This document shows, piece by piece, positions 1-11,083 of a stretch of DNA of 64,000 nt. Position 1 is the first letter of the stretch. Each line of letters begins with the position of its first letter. The stretch comes from an uncultured cyanobacterium. GTDB taxonomy: Bacteria > Cyanobacteriota > Cyanobacteriia > Cyanobacteriales > CAWCAG01. The notes beneath the pieces were generated by a model. The model was not told the DNA's origin. It searched no databases and worked only from the letters and a program-made list of their open reading frames with translations. The translations under genes were made by a program, and so were the position numbers. The stretch lies in NCBI GenBank assembly GCA_963793425.1, contig CAWCAG010000001.1, forward strand, positions 96,001 to 160,000, given 5' to 3'.

Positions 1-1456
1 AACTTTGGTTTTGAGGCGTGATCGCTCTAACGAGCCCCATAGTGGTGGTACGAAAAACCGCCTCCTCGTTAAAGATGGGGATGAAATAACTCCTGGTGCT
101 GTCGTTGCCCGTACAGAAATTCAATGTAAAGAAGCCGGAGAAGTACGAGGTATCAGAGAAGGGGTAGAAGCTATTCGCCGGGTTTTGGTAGTTCGCGATG
201 GCGATCGCATCACTATTCCTGTAGAAGGGGAAACAAAAGTCAAAAAAGGTGACCTTCTTGTCGCAGGTAGTGAGCTTGCCAGTGGCATTTACAGTGAAGA
301 CTCTGGACAAGTTGTCAAGGTTGAACCATCACAAGTGACTCTTCGTCTGGCCCGTCCTTATCGGGTTTCTCCAGGTGCAGTACTGCACATTGATGACGGA
401 GATTTAGTCCAGCGTGGTGATCACTTAGTGCTGTTGGTTTTTGAAAGGGCCAAAACTGGAGATATTATCCAAGGTTTACCTCGTATTGAAGAACTGCTTG
501 AAGGACGCAAACCCAAAGAAGGGTGTATTCTTGCTCGTCTACCTGGGGTAGCCCAAGTGGTTTATGATGAGGACGATGTGGTGGATGTGAAAGTAATTGA
601 AGAAGATGGCACTATTGCTGACTATCCCCTACGCCCTGGTCAAAATGCCCTCGTCAGTGATGGACAGCAAGTACAAACTGGTACTCCTTTAACAGACGGA
701 CCAGCTAATCCCCATGAAATTTTAGAGATTTTCTTTAACTATCATCTTGAAGAACATGGGGTTTATGAAGCAGCTTTATTGGGTTTACAACAGGCTCAAG
801 CCTTTTTGGTTAATGAGGTTCAGTCAGTATACCAATCCCAAGGCATTGACATTTCTGATAAGCACATTGAAGTTATTGTCCGCCAGATGACTTCTAAGGT
901 AAGAGTTGATGATGGAGGTGATACCACCACCCTACCTGGAGAATTGGTGGAACTGCGCCAAATTGAGCAAGTTAACGAAGCCATGTCCATCACTGGTAGC
1001 GCACCAGCCCGCTATACTCCAGTCTTGTTAGGCATCACCAAAGCTTCTTTAAATACCGATAGCTTCATCTCAGCAGCTTCTTTCCAGGAAACCACCAGGG
1101 TTCTAACCGAAGCTGCTATTGAAGGCAAATCTGACTGGCTGAGAGGTTTGAAAGAAAATGTGATTATCGGACGCTTAATCCCTGCTGGTACGGGTTTCAA
1201 TCAACATAGCGATGACTCCCTTACTCCACCTATGGAAACAGACCAAAGTATTGCTAGTGCAGCAGCTTATCCCTTTGGTAGCGTAGGAGATGGAGGAGCT
1301 AATATAGGCAACCAAGATCCTCTGGATGTGGTTCTTGATGACCGTACAGCCCGTGCTTACACTCGTTCTGAACGTCCTTTTTCTCAAGAGGGTTTCAATC
1401 CTGTAATTGATGATGAGAATATCGGCAGTTCGGGTTGGAATACTCCGTCGGAGTAA
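1..1456 (+). CDS. rpoC2: RNA polymerase beta' subunit (RpoC2), 3' part; truncated by window start
   Basis: Motifs [63 protein letters not shown]. Confidence 0.98.
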   Translation, partial: TLVLRRDRSNEPHSGGTKNRLLVKDGDEITPGAVVARTEIQCKEAGEVRGIREGVEAIRRVLVVRDGDRITIPVEGETKVKKGDLLVAGSELASGIYSEDSGQVVKVEPSQVTLRLARPYRVSPGAVLHIDDGDLVQRGDHLVLLVFERAKTGDIIQGLPRIEELLEGRKPKEGCILARLPGVAQVVYDEDDVVDVKVIEEDGTIADYPLRPGQNALVSDGQQVQTGTPLTDGPANPHEILEIFFNYHLEEHGVYEAALLGLQQAQAFLVNEVQSVYQSQGIDISDKHIEVIVRQMTSKVRVDDGGDTTTLPGELVELRQIEQVNEAMSITGSAPARYTPVLLGITKASLNTDSFISAASFQETTRVLTEAAIEGKSDWLRGLKENVIIGRLIPAGTGFNQHSDDSLTPPMETDQSIASAAAYPFGSVGDGGANIGNQDPLDVVLDDRTARAYTRSERPFSQEGFNPVIDDENIGSSGWNTPSE

Positions 1457-1462
1457 TAATGT

Positions 1463-1491
1463 TGTAGAGACGTTCTGCTAGAACGTCTCTG
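1463..1491. repeat. REP-like palindrome (GTAGAGACGTTC-n-GAACGTCTCT), may double as rpoC2 terminator
   Basis: agagacgttc tgcta gaacgtctct; near-identical copy at 13311-13338. Confidence 0.75.
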
Positions 1492-1521
1492 CTTAAAGGA
1501 GGGGAGAAACGAAAACATTGT

Positions 1522-2181
1522 ATGACTACAAAGATTGACTTAGTGTTAGGGTTGGTAATTACGAGTTTATTAACCCTTAACTCTCAAGCCATTGCAACTC
1601 CTAAATTAGCTCAAGTAGAAGATGTTGCTTCCCATTTGGTAGGAGTTATGGATACTTCCCAGCAGGCTGCGGTTAATCCTAATCGGGTTAACGTTCGTAT
1701 GACCACTTGTCAAGTGCGCTTAAATGAAGGAAATTCTAGTTTCAATATTTCTAATTCAATCTTCCTTTATCAAGAACAAGCATTAGTAGAAAATCTCAAT
1801 CAGCCTTATCGCCAAAGAATTTTACGCCTTGCTCCTAATCCCTATGGAGAAGGCGTAGAGTCTAAATCTTTTAAATATCTTCAGCCTGAAGCTTTGGTGG
1901 GTTTGTGTCAACAACCTGAAGCAAATAGAGTAGTTTCGGCTCAGGAATTAACGGATGTTAATTGTAGCGTTTTCTTAGTTCCCATTGCGACTATTTATCT
2001 AGGTAAAACTTCCTCAGAAGGCTGTCCGACTAACTTTCGGGGAGCAACTAAAATTACTAATTTAGTTATCCTTAATGCTCAAGGTATGGAAACTTGGGAT
2101 CAAGGTTTAAATGAGAAAGGAGAGCAAGTTTGGGGGGCAGAAAATGAGCCTTTTATTTATACTTGGCAAGAACAGAATTAA
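1522..2181 (+). CDS. cpcT: CpcT/CpeT family chromophore lyase-like protein with N-terminal hydrophobic segment
   Basis: FLYQEQAL..PYRQR, C-terminal WDQG...GEQVWGA motif. Confidence 0.8.
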   Translation: MTTKIDLVLGLVITSLLTLNSQAIATPKLAQVEDVASHLVGVMDTSQQAAVNPNRVNVRMTTCQVRLNEGNSSFNISNSIFLYQEQALVENLNQPYRQRILRLAPNPYGEGVESKSFKYLQPEALVGLCQQPEANRVVSAQELTDVNCSVFLVPIATIYLGKTSSEGCPTNFRGATKITNLVILNAQGMETWDQGLNEKGEQVWGAENEPFIYTWQEQN

Positions 2182-2194
2182 AGGAATATAGGAA

Positions 2195-3295
2195 TTATCC
2201 CAAAGGATTTAGGTTGAACCGGGCAATAGTACGCTCATTTTCCTGGCTACTACCTACTGTAACCCTTAATCCTCCTCCTGTGTGACGAATTAAAGTACCT
2301 TTTTGTTTTAAGGTTTGGGTTAGTTGTTGCAGATTGGTTTGGGAGCGTAGGTAAAGAAAATTAGCTGAACTAGGCCAAACTTCTAAGGCAGGATTTTGGC
2401 AGAAAGCCTGATATAGCCTTTGTCTTTCTTGTAAGGTTTTGGGAATGGAGGCGAGAAGAAGATGGCGAAAATCTAAAGCAATTTGCGCCGCAGCCTGGGA
2501 AAAACTCGGTAAATTATAAGGGAGGCGGACTTTTTCTAGAGCAATAATCATTTCTGGATGGGCAATGCCATAACCAATTCTGTGGGCAGCGAGGCGGAAG
2601 GCTTTGGAGAAGGTTCGCAAAATTATCCAATTAGGATGGCTTTTTAATTCTTCTACTAAAGAAGTTTGGCTAAATTCAAAATAAGCTTCGTCGATAACTA
2701 CCAAAATATTTTGGGGCAGGTTGCGTAACCAAGTTATTTCTTCTGGGGTGAGGGGGTTAGCAGTGGGAGAGTTGGGATGCACCACAAAAACAACCCGAAT
2801 GGGAGGATTTTTGGTGGCTTTGATCGCTTCTTTAGCTTGGTTGATATTTAGGGCAAAATCATCTTCCTTTCGCTCTATACTAACAACCGGAATACCCAAA
2901 GTTTTAGCTAAGATTCCGTACATAGAGAAAGTCGGGTTAGCAACCAGAATTGCCCCTTCCCCCCCTAAGCAAGTGGCAATTAGTATTGAACGAATTAATT
3001 CATCGGAACCATTACCAACAGAAATATTTTCTGGTGAAATTGCTCTTTCCAAACCAGCAGATTCATTAACATAAGCAGCAATCTTTTGTTTTAATATTAG
3101 GTGAGAGCCATCAGGATAACGATTCGTTTTGATTGCTTGTTGATAAACTGAAGCGAGTTTATCTTTCAATTCTAAAGGCAAATCAAAGGGACTTTCGTTA
3201 GTATCAAGTTGGTCTATAGGAATATTAACTTTACCGCCAGGATGGGCTTTATAGGCTTGCAGTTGGTTAAGATCGGGACGAATAAAAGGAAACAT
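2195..3295 (-). CDS. hisC: Histidinol-phosphate aminotransferase
   Basis: [41 protein letters not shown]. Confidence 0.95.
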   Translation of the reverse strand: MFPFIRPDLNQLQAYKAHPGGKVNIPIDQLDTNESPFDLPLELKDKLASVYQQAIKTNRYPDGSHLILKQKIAAYVNESAGLERAISPENISVGNGSDELIRSILIATCLGGEGAILVANPTFSMYGILAKTLGIPVVSIERKEDDFALNINQAKEAIKATKNPPIRVVFVVHPNSPTANPLTPEEITWLRNLPQNILVVIDEAYFEFSQTSLVEELKSHPNWIILRTFSKAFRLAAHRIGYGIAHPEMIIALEKVRLPYNLPSFSQAAAQIALDFRHLLLASIPKTLQERQRLYQAFCQNPALEVWPSSANFLYLRSQTNLQQLTQTLKQKGTLIRHTGGGLRVTVGSSQENERTIARFNLNPLG

Positions 3296-3410
3296 ACAAA
3301 ATATGCTAACGGCTAATAGCTGATGGGAATTTTTTTTAGCGAGAAATAATTGAAGAGGGGGTTAGCTTTTGCTAATGATAAGTAGTCAGCTTAGCCTACA
3401 ACGATGACAA

Positions 3411-4244
3411 TTAGCAATTAGTAACTAGATTAATTATCGTTACTTCCGGAGGACAAAACAAGCGTCCTGGGGAGTAGCTGCCTAAGCCGCGATTAACATA
3501 GAGTTGATTGTTACCTAATTTATGGAATCCTTGACTCCATTGCCAGTTTTTAAAAACACGGGAACAGTTTTTAAAATAGGGTATATAATTCCTTATTGGT
3601 GATGGTAAGCTTTGTCCCCATTCTGTTATTAAACGAGGAAAAGGGCCAACTCCAGGAATCACTATTTGCCCTCCGTGGGTATGGCCAGAAAGCTGTAAAT
3701 CTACACGCCATTTTTGTAAGGCTTGGGCAGAATCTGGATTGTGGGATAAAACTAGGCGTGGTATCTCTGGGTTTAATTGCTTCATTATAGGTTCTGGCTT
3801 GAATTCCTGCGACCAAAAATCAGCTAATCCAACAATCGGTAATTCTTGACCGAAAGGATAAGCAATTTCATTCCACAAAACTGTAATACCAATGCTGGTT
3901 AAACTCTCTTTAATTAACTTTCTAGATAGAGGCCAATAGTTGTCATGGTTGCCTAAACAAGCGTAGATTCCTAAACGACTTTGTAATTGTTTGAGGTGTA
4001 ATACTAAATTGTTGATGGGAGTAGGAGAATCGGTAACATAATCCCCGGTGAGCAAGATAATGTCGGGCTTTTCGGCGTTAGTTATGGCAATGGCTTCTGT
4101 TAGCAACTTTTCTGAAAGCCGACAACCATCATAGTGAAAATCAGAGAGTTGAACTAATTTTGTCCCTGATAGTCGAGGAGGTAAATCTGCGATCGCAACA
4201 TTTATTCTTTCTATGCTTAAGGGTTCAGTTATAATTAATTGCAC
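3411..4244 (-). CDS. Calcineurin-like metallophosphoesterase (YkuE-like)
   Basis: SDFH, TGDY, GNHD, SHNPD, GHTHGGQ, VNRGLG motifs. Confidence 0.92.
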   Translation of the reverse strand: MQLIITEPLSIERINVAIADLPPRLSGTKLVQLSDFHYDGCRLSEKLLTEAIAITNAEKPDIILLTGDYVTDSPTPINNLVLHLKQLQSRLGIYACLGNHDNYWPLSRKLIKESLTSIGITVLWNEIAYPFGQELPIVGLADFWSQEFKPEPIMKQLNPEIPRLVLSHNPDSAQALQKWRVDLQLSGHTHGGQIVIPGVGPFPRLITEWGQSLPSPIRNYIPYFKNCSRVFKNWQWSQGFHKLGNNQLYVNRGLGSYSPGRLFCPPEVTIINLVTNC

Positions 4245-4268
4245 AGGATAATCTACCTATTACTTAAA

Positions 4269-5669
4269 TTAGATTTCCAATTCAGCTAATTGTTTAGTGA
4301 CTTCCTTTCCTAAAGCTTCCCAAGCAATTTCTATTTGTTTTCCTGTTCTCAAATTCTTCAAACCACACTTTTGCGCCGCAGCTTCTTCTGAACCAATAAT
4401 CACGCAAAAAGGTATACCCCGTTTATCCGCTTGCTGTAACTGTTTGCCGACACCGCGCTTCTCAAAACTGGTAATGACACTTAATCCTTCCTGGCGCAAT
4501 TTCTGAGAAACTTTGAGATACAAAGGCATTAAATCTTCTTGCATATTAACTACCATTACCTGGGCAGGGGTAGCAGCTAATGGTTCCATAATTTCAGCTT
4601 TAAGCAAACGACTCATTAACCTAGTTAAACCAATGGAAATGCCTACTCCTGGCATTTTTTCTCCCACAAACATTCCCACTAATTCTTCATACCTACCCCC
4701 AGAACAAATACTGCCTAATTCTTCATTTCCTACCAAACTGGTTTCATAAACTGTACCTGTGTAATAGTTTAGTCCTCTGGCAATGGCTAAATCGAGGCAA
4801 AAGTACTTTTCGGCGACTCCTAAGTTGCGAACGTTGATAACTACGGTTTCTAATTCAGTAATACCTATTTTAAGTATTTCAGAATTATCGCTATTTTGAG
4901 CAATATTTCTTAGTTTTTCTAAAACTTCATCAACGCTACCTTTAACTTGAGTAAAAGCTAAAACCTGCTCTACTTGCTCCTCATTTAAACCTTCTTCTTC
5001 TAAAGCTTTTTCGACTTTTGTTGGGCCAATCTTTTCTGCTGCATCAATGATCCGAATACAGGCAATAATTTGTTCCTGGGCTACTTTTATAGCTTGAAAG
5101 AAACCTGTCAAAACTTTGCGATTATTGATCCGAATTAAAAAATCGCCAATATCAATCGCCGTGAAAATTTCGGTGATAATAGCAGGGATTTGAGCATCGT
5201 AAAGTAAACTTAATTTATTCCTGCCCACCACATCAATATCACACTGCCGAAATTGGCGATAGCGTCCATCTTTAGCCCTTTCCCCCCGAAATACCATATC
5301 CATTTGATAGCGGGCAAAAGGAAAGTTTAATTCGTTAAGATGGCGGGCAATATAGGCAGCTAAGGGAACGGTTTGGTCAAATTTTAAAGCCCGTTCCTCA
5401 GAACTAGAATTTCCGGCTTGCTCTTGCTCTGCTTGACGAAGGGGGGGCAAAATGGGGTTTAAACCATAGATGATATTATCCCCTTGATTTCCCTTAGCTT
5501 GGAGTACTTCGAGGCGTTCCACAGCAGGAGTTTCAATGGGGGTAAAGCCATAGCGCTCAAAAACTTGGCGTATGGTATCTAATAAATAAAGTTCTAGACG
5601 TTTTTCCTCTGGAAGAAATTCAGGAAAGCCACTAGGACAAGAATAATTGATTTTATCAGCCTTTGCCAT
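4269..5669 (-). CDS. hisS: Histidine--tRNA ligase
   Basis: FRGERAKDGRYRQFRQCDID, ARGLNYYTG, GGRYEELV, anticodon-binding C-terminus. Confidence 0.97.
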   Translation of the reverse strand: MAKADKINYSCPSGFPEFLPEEKRLELYLLDTIRQVFERYGFTPIETPAVERLEVLQAKGNQGDNIIYGLNPILPPLRQAEQEQAGNSSSEERALKFDQTVPLAAYIARHLNELNFPFARYQMDMVFRGERAKDGRYRQFRQCDIDVVGRNKLSLLYDAQIPAIITEIFTAIDIGDFLIRINNRKVLTGFFQAIKVAQEQIIACIRIIDAAEKIGPTKVEKALEEEGLNEEQVEQVLAFTQVKGSVDEVLEKLRNIAQNSDNSEILKIGITELETVVINVRNLGVAEKYFCLDLAIARGLNYYTGTVYETSLVGNEELGSICSGGRYEELVGMFVGEKMPGVGISIGLTRLMSRLLKAEIMEPLAATPAQVMVVNMQEDLMPLYLKVSQKLRQEGLSVITSFEKRGVGKQLQQADKRGIPFCVIIGSEEAAAQKCGLKNLRTGKQIEIAWEALGKEVTKQLAELEI

Positions 5670-5775
5670 TTGGTAGTTAGTTATTGGTCATTTATTATTA
5701 GTTACTTTTTAAGCAAGTAGAGGAGATAGTGAGAAATAAGACAATTAGCGATTAGCTATTAGCAACTAGCAAAGT

Positions 5776-6738
5776 CTATTTCTTCCTACCAAATAAGCCT
5801 CCAAATCTTCCTCCAGATTTATTATCTCCTGAAGTATTTTTAGAACTGCTATTAGTCTTTTTGCTGCTAGCTTGTCCACCATCCATTTTATCTAAAAGTT
5901 TCTTACCTTTAACACCATTAGGATCATTAGGACTTATTTTCAAGGCTTTATTAATATAAACTTTGGCCATGCCCATTTGCTTTTGTTGCAAATAAATTAA
6001 GCCCAATAAGCTATTACAAGGAGCATCGTTCGGTTCTAGTTTCAAGCCATCCCGCAATTCCAAAACAGCTTTACTATAATTCTTTTTGGTAATATATTCT
6101 TGAGCGCGGCGTACATAAGGCTCTGACCTAGAAGTTGGTACTTTTTTCTCTGTGTTTCCTCCCTTACCGGCAGGTTTTCCCTGTCCCATAGGCGGTTTTC
6201 TCGCCCCTACCGTTGAAGCTGTAGTTCCTGTAGTTCCTCCTCCAGTCCTAACACCTTTACCCTGCTTCTTCATTAAGTAAACCATGTTCAGTTCACTAAT
6301 TTGAGCAATTTTGCTAGCAATTTCCCCTAGACTTTGGTACTGCTCTTTGGCTAAGGTTTGTAGCTGTTGCTTGTAAACACTATCTAAGTTGTTACCAGCC
6401 TTAGAAAGTTCCTTTGCTCCTTCGCTAGACAAAGAGATTTTTCCTCCCTCAGTGGCTAGACGTTGCCCCATCTGAGAAAGGACTAGTTGGTACTCTGCAC
6501 GAGAGTCTTCTTTAGATAATTTCTCGTAAGCAGGATTAACTAACTTTGATAATAATTCGCTAGCTTGCTTTTTCTCCGCTTCGTTTTCAGCCTTACAGCT
6601 ATCCGGGTGCAAATTTCGAGCTACTTTTAGATATCTTTTACGTACTTGTTTGGCATCTGCGGTAAGAGGTAACCCCAAAACAGCATGATAGTCGGTAAGA
6701 TCGTATTTAAAAAGTCCTTGCTCAATTTTTAAAGACAT
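5776..6738 (-). CDS. J-domain (DnaJ-type) protein with C-terminal TPR
   Basis: DYHAVLGL...LHPD J-domain; TPR-like helices at C-terminus. Confidence 0.88.
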   Translation of the reverse strand: MSLKIEQGLFKYDLTDYHAVLGLPLTADAKQVRKRYLKVARNLHPDSCKAENEAEKKQASELLSKLVNPAYEKLSKEDSRAEYQLVLSQMGQRLATEGGKISLSSEGAKELSKAGNNLDSVYKQQLQTLAKEQYQSLGEIASKIAQISELNMVYLMKKQGKGVRTGGGTTGTTASTVGARKPPMGQGKPAGKGGNTEKKVPTSRSEPYVRRAQEYITKKNYSKAVLELRDGLKLEPNDAPCNSLLGLIYLQQKQMGMAKVYINKALKISPNDPNGVKGKKLLDKMDGGQASSKKTNSSSKNTSGDNKSGGRFGGLFGRKK

Positions 6739-7107
6739 AAACTTCTACACCATCTCCTTGCTGAAATAATTCCTTAATTTTTGTGTTAGCTCGATTGCTA
6801 GTCTTGTAAGCTGTAGCAGCCTTCAAAAAACTTACTTAATAAAGATAATAGCTAATTTAATCTGTTTCCTTGTGCTTGGGGACACCTTTTTCTTAGGATA
6901 CCTAATTTTAATTAAGAAAATCCTCTCCCAGACAGAATCTACACGAGTTCTTCATTAAGGCTTCATTAATACTTTAAGAATAGAGATATCCCTTAGTTAG
7001 TTTAACTAATATAGTCATTTCAATTTAGATTGAGACCAACTTTTCTTACTGTGAGTAGAGATACAAATGAAAAAGTGTCTCATTCTTATTTAGAACAACT
7101 ATAAATA

Positions 7108-7944
7108 CTAACCTTTGGGGTTTGCCCAATCTGATAAAGGTGGTGCTTCTTGCAAAGCTTGGCTAAGTTGAGGGTGCAAAATGCCATTGGTTGCTAAAAT
7201 TCGACCAGAGTTAAGTTCCCAAGGACTGCCATCGTAAGCGGTGACTTTTCCTCCTGCTTCTTGCACCAAAACTATACCCGCAGCAACATCCCAAAGTTTG
7301 ATACCCCTTTCCCAATAACCATCAAGACGACCGCAAGCAACATCGCATAAATCAAGGGCCGCAGAGCCGCTACGCCTTACTCCTTGGGTTAAATGAGTTA
7401 AGTGGCAAAACTCTGCATAATTATTATCTGCTGTTTCCGTGCGATCATAAGCAAAACCACTTACTAGTAAACTCTGCCTCAATTGAGACACACCAGAGAT
7501 TTGAATGGGGCGATAATTACAACTAGCACCCAATCCTGTAGCAGCACGAAAAAGCTCTTTACGAAAAGGATTGTAGATAGCCCCAACTTGAGGTACTCCT
7601 TCAATCAGCAACCCCACAGAGACGCAAGAAACAGGATACTGGTGGGCATAATTGGTTGTACCATCTAAAGGATCTACTGCCCAAAGATACTTACTTTTGC
7701 TGGTATTAATCTCCCCAGATTCTTCTGTTAGGATGGGATGATCTGGGGTGCGATCGCCTAAAACCTTAAGAATTTCTACCTCTGCGGCTTTATCTGCTTC
7801 TGTCACTAAATCTCCAGAACGCCCTTTTTCTTCAATAAAGTTTAGGTTTCCCCAATAATCTTCTAAAATTGCCCCAGCAGCGTGTACTGCTTCTGTGGCA
7901 ATATCAAGGAAAATTGCTAACTGTTCGGAAGATGTTTGAGACAT
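7108..7944 (-). CDS. suhB: Inositol monophosphatase family protein
   Basis: DLVTEAD, WAVDPLDGTTNYAH, WDVAAG; start placed at ATG 7944 (MSQTSSEQ). Confidence 0.92.
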   Translation of the reverse strand: MSQTSSEQLAIFLDIATEAVHAAGAILEDYWGNLNFIEEKGRSGDLVTEADKAAEVEILKVLGDRTPDHPILTEESGEINTSKSKYLWAVDPLDGTTNYAHQYPVSCVSVGLLIEGVPQVGAIYNPFRKELFRAATGLGASCNYRPIQISGVSQLRQSLLVSGFAYDRTETADNNYAEFCHLTHLTQGVRRSGSAALDLCDVACGRLDGYWERGIKLWDVAAGIVLVQEAGGKVTAYDGSPWELNSGRILATNGILHPQLSQALQEAPPLSDWANPKG

Positions 7945-8153
7945 AGTAGGCTGTTGAGTATTTAATGGGAACTGTAGTCTATTTAGCCATAATCTACCAA
8001 TCTCATGATCATTCAAGCGATTACAAAGCCTTTAACCTTTGAAGAATTCTTAGTTTGGGATAAGAACGAGTTGAATCAGGGCTTTTTCCTGAGCTTAACC
8101 TCTCAGCAAAGCAAATTTTTGCTCCGGGGCATTTAAACGACACGGGTATTTGA

Positions 8154-8732
8154 TTATTCCCAAATGACTTGCAATTCCAAAACAAAACCGGGCAAAATAT
8201 CCTCCCCTGACAAACTCGTCGGATTATCCAAAGCCTCTTTAGTTTCTCCTTGGCGATAAATTTCAACTTGGTGAGTTTGAGGATTAATCAACCAACCTAA
8301 CTTCACCCCATTATTCATGTACTCCTCCATCTTTTTTCGAATACTAGTTAAAGTATCGCTAGGGGACATCAACTCTAAGACAAAGTCTGGGGCAATGGGG
8401 GGAAACTTCTCTTTTTCTTTAGTAGTTAAAGCATCCCATCTTGACTGTTTAATCCAAGAGACATCAGGGGAACGGTTTGCACCATTAGGTAAACGGAAAC
8501 AAGTAGAGGAATCAAAACAAACTCCTAACTTGGTTTGACGATTCCAAAATACAAAATCAGCATTGATTTCTGAGTTATATTTGCCAGTTTCTCCACCTGT
8601 CGGGGGCATAATAATTATCTCTCTGGTAACATTGCGCTCAAACTTAATATCAGGATTGGCACGACAGAGATTATAAAACGTTTCGTCATCAATTTGACTG
8701 ATAGGAGCAAAATCAATTGTGTAAGCAGTCAT
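8154..8732 (-). CDS. Uma2 family PD-(D/E)xK endonuclease-like protein
   Basis: MPPTGGETG, RSPDVSW, PDFVLEL, LGWLINP, EDILPGF. Confidence 0.93.
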   Translation of the reverse strand: MTAYTIDFAPISQIDDETFYNLCRANPDIKFERNVTREIIIMPPTGGETGKYNSEINADFVFWNRQTKLGVCFDSSTCFRLPNGANRSPDVSWIKQSRWDALTTKEKEKFPPIAPDFVLELMSPSDTLTSIRKKMEEYMNNGVKLGWLINPQTHQVEIYRQGETKEALDNPTSLSGEDILPGFVLELQVIWE

Positions 8733-8814
8733 TTTATCTAGATAAAGAGTTGGTTTAAGTTTAATTTAACTGCTAAGCAAGTTAGGGCGCAGACATACGC
8801 GCCCTGATAAAAAA

Positions 8815-9498
8815 CTAACCGCCTCTAAGAGATGTCGAACCTTCAGGACATTCAATCTGACCGTCTTCCCCTGGTGCTTTTGGCATAGCTGGGGGCTTGT
8901 CAGAAGGCTCGTCAGTTTCACAAATTCCCGGTACAGGAGCGCTTTCTCCGTTAACTTCAATCACAAAAATTGCTCCGGTGTAACTTTTTAAAGCCTCATC
9001 TTTCGCCTTAGCTGTTACCATCACACTTTTATCATCTTGAGGATTAATTTCATACTGGAAATTATCTGTTTCCGATTCAATTTGCAAGCCTAACTCCTCA
9101 AAGCTACTACCGAACTTGTTATTCTGTAAATAATAAGCTTGTTGAGCCTGTAACAATGAAGCTACAAGAGTTCTGCCTTCACTTTGTTTAGCTTGTTCTT
9201 CTAAGTTAATAACTTCTGTCCCTTCAGGCAAATCTGTCTCCTCAGAAACCTTTTCCAAAGGAATTTCGTAAGCAACAGATTCACCTTCTGGTGCCTGTCC
9301 TTCGGGGGGAACGACAAATACCTTCCCTTCAGGAGAAAGAATAATTTTAATCTCTTCTTTGGTTGTTGGTTCGGTAAATTGCCAAGTACCCTGCCATTCT
9401 TTACCAGATTGGCAGCCAGCAATGCTCAAAACACTCACGGCTAAACCGCAAAAGATTGAGGCACGGGATAAAGATAAAGACCGCAAAAAATTAGACAA
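8815..9498 (-). CDS. Lipoprotein with type IV pilin-like G/H domain
   Basis: Lipobox IAGC; KQSEGR...QAQQAYYL...LKSYTGAIF...ICET. Confidence 0.78.
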   Translation of the reverse strand: MSNFLRSLSLSRASIFCGLAVSVLSIAGCQSGKEWQGTWQFTEPTTKEEIKIILSPEGKVFVVPPEGQAPEGESVAYEIPLEKVSEETDLPEGTEVINLEEQAKQSEGRTLVASLLQAQQAYYLQNNKFGSSFEELGLQIESETDNFQYEINPQDDKSVMVTAKAKDEALKSYTGAIFVIEVNGESAPVPGICETDEPSDKPPAMPKAPGEDGQIECPEGSTSLRGG

Positions 9499-9506
9499 GA
9501 TTTTAT

Positions 9507-9803
9507 TTAAGTTTTAAGTTTACATCTAGAAGGATAATAGATTTGACGCATTTTGCTGTGATTGAGTTGCGAGTAAACCTTTTTAGAAGCAATTAAGGGT
9601 TTGAGACAATGAAGGGTCATTGATATTGGCCTATTCAAGATTTGGCTAACTTCTTGTAAGGTAAGACCTTGAGGATGAGATTGAATTAAGGTCAATATCT
9701 TTTCTGTAGTTGTTGGGCCAGGAGTGGGGTGGATAATACGAATAGTGGTCAAGGTTTTCACACTTAGAGTAATTATTTGTGGAACTGTTGGTTTGTGCTG
9801 CAC
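9507..9803 (-). CDS. Small winged-helix protein
   Basis: ILTLIQSHPQGLTLQEVSQILNRPISM helix-turn-helix-like pattern. Confidence 0.6.
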   Translation of the reverse strand: MQHKPTVPQIITLSVKTLTTIRIIHPTPGPTTTEKILTLIQSHPQGLTLQEVSQILNRPISMTLHCLKPLIASKKVYSQLNHSKMRQIYYPSRCKLKT

Positions 9804-10008
9804 CCTAATCTGTGAATTTAACTTTTGTAACCCTGATGAATTACTTAATATTTCTATAATATTCTTCTTGATTTTTCTCTACTCAACCGGATTTTTTCTC
9901 TAAGCTGTTAAGCAAAACCAATATTTTTAATTACTTTGATAGCTAAACGTTAAAGTAGAATTTGCAAGGTAATTTTTCCCTGGCTAATCAATTGCTTCAG
10001 AACAGATC

Positions 10009-10644
10009 ATGACTAACGCTGCTTCTACCTTCACCAGTGATTTATGGGACTGGAATTTGACTAGTCCCCAACCAAACCAAGATACTGAACTACTGAAGCA
10101 GCTATGCTTTATCCCTGGGCTTAAAGAAGTTCTGATGGTGCGTCAAGTTCATGCCTTAGAACATGGAACTGTTTGGGTTCTCAGTGAAAATCAAAATTTC
10201 CTCCCTCAAGATACTCATCAAGCAGATAATGAAGCCTTGGGAGGTCTTTCTACTGAAACAGGTTTTTATTTATACGGTCAAGTTAACCTTTCTAAGCTCA
10301 AAAGAGCCGTTAGCTTAGCCCTGAAGCGCTTGAAACAAGGAGAATGGGATTTAGCAATCCATCCTCGTTGCGGTACAAACCTATCTGTGACGATGGTTTT
10401 AACCGCAGGTATGGTTTTGGGTACTCATCTCCTTTTGCCACGAGGCCCCATAGAACAACTTCTTGGTTTAAGTGTTGCTACCACAACCGCAGCACAATTA
10501 GCTCCGGATTTGGGAAGTCTTGTGCAAAGATATATAACTACTGCTGTCCCCTTTAATTTAGAGGTGGTAGAAATAGCTCAAACCAAAGATAAATGGGGGC
10601 GTTCAGCACATTTTATTCGTGTCAAATGGCGAGACTTGCAATAA
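10009..10644 (+). CDS. Conserved hypothetical protein (DUF6391-like)
   Basis: RQVHALEHGT and LAIHPRCGTN motifs. Confidence 0.75.
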   Translation: MTNAASTFTSDLWDWNLTSPQPNQDTELLKQLCFIPGLKEVLMVRQVHALEHGTVWVLSENQNFLPQDTHQADNEALGGLSTETGFYLYGQVNLSKLKRAVSLALKRLKQGEWDLAIHPRCGTNLSVTMVLTAGMVLGTHLLLPRGPIEQLLGLSVATTTAAQLAPDLGSLVQRYITTAVPFNLEVVEIAQTKDKWGRSAHFIRVKWRDLQ

Positions 10645-10726
10645 AACTTAAAGCTCTATTTGCACAGCGAATCCCAATAAAATAGTACGCTTTGATTTAA
10701 AAGATATATAAAAAAGGAGAACACTT

Positions 10727-11080
10727 GTGGTTCAACGTGGCTCTAAAGTAAGGATTCTTCGTGAAGAGTCCTATTGGTATAGAGATGTAGGAACTGTTGC
10801 TTCTGTAGATAAAAGCGGCATCAGATATCCTGTCATCGTTCGTTTTGATAAAGTTAACTACACCGGAATAACCACCAATAACTTCGCTCCTGAAGAGGTA
10901 GAAGAAATTGGCGCTCCTAGCGGTAAATCTAAGTCAAAATCTAAGCAAGCAACCCCTGCACCTCAGCGTACTACTGGCGAAGGACAAACTAAGTCCAAAA
11001 AACCTGCTGCACCAGAAACTGCTGGCGGCGGTAGCAAGACTGTAGAAGGTGATCCTAACCAAGGAACAGAACCTCGCTAG
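10727..11080 (+). CDS. psaE: Photosystem I subunit IV with ~45-aa low-complexity C-terminal extension
   Basis: [17 protein letters not shown]...[16 protein letters not shown]; adjacent to mutM as usual in cyanobacteria. Confidence 0.96.
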   Translation: MVQRGSKVRILREESYWYRDVGTVASVDKSGIRYPVIVRFDKVNYTGITTNNFAPEEVEEIGAPSGKSKSKSKQATPAPQRTTGEGQTKSKKPAAPETAGGGSKTVEGDPNQGTEPR

Positions 11081-11083
11081 ATA

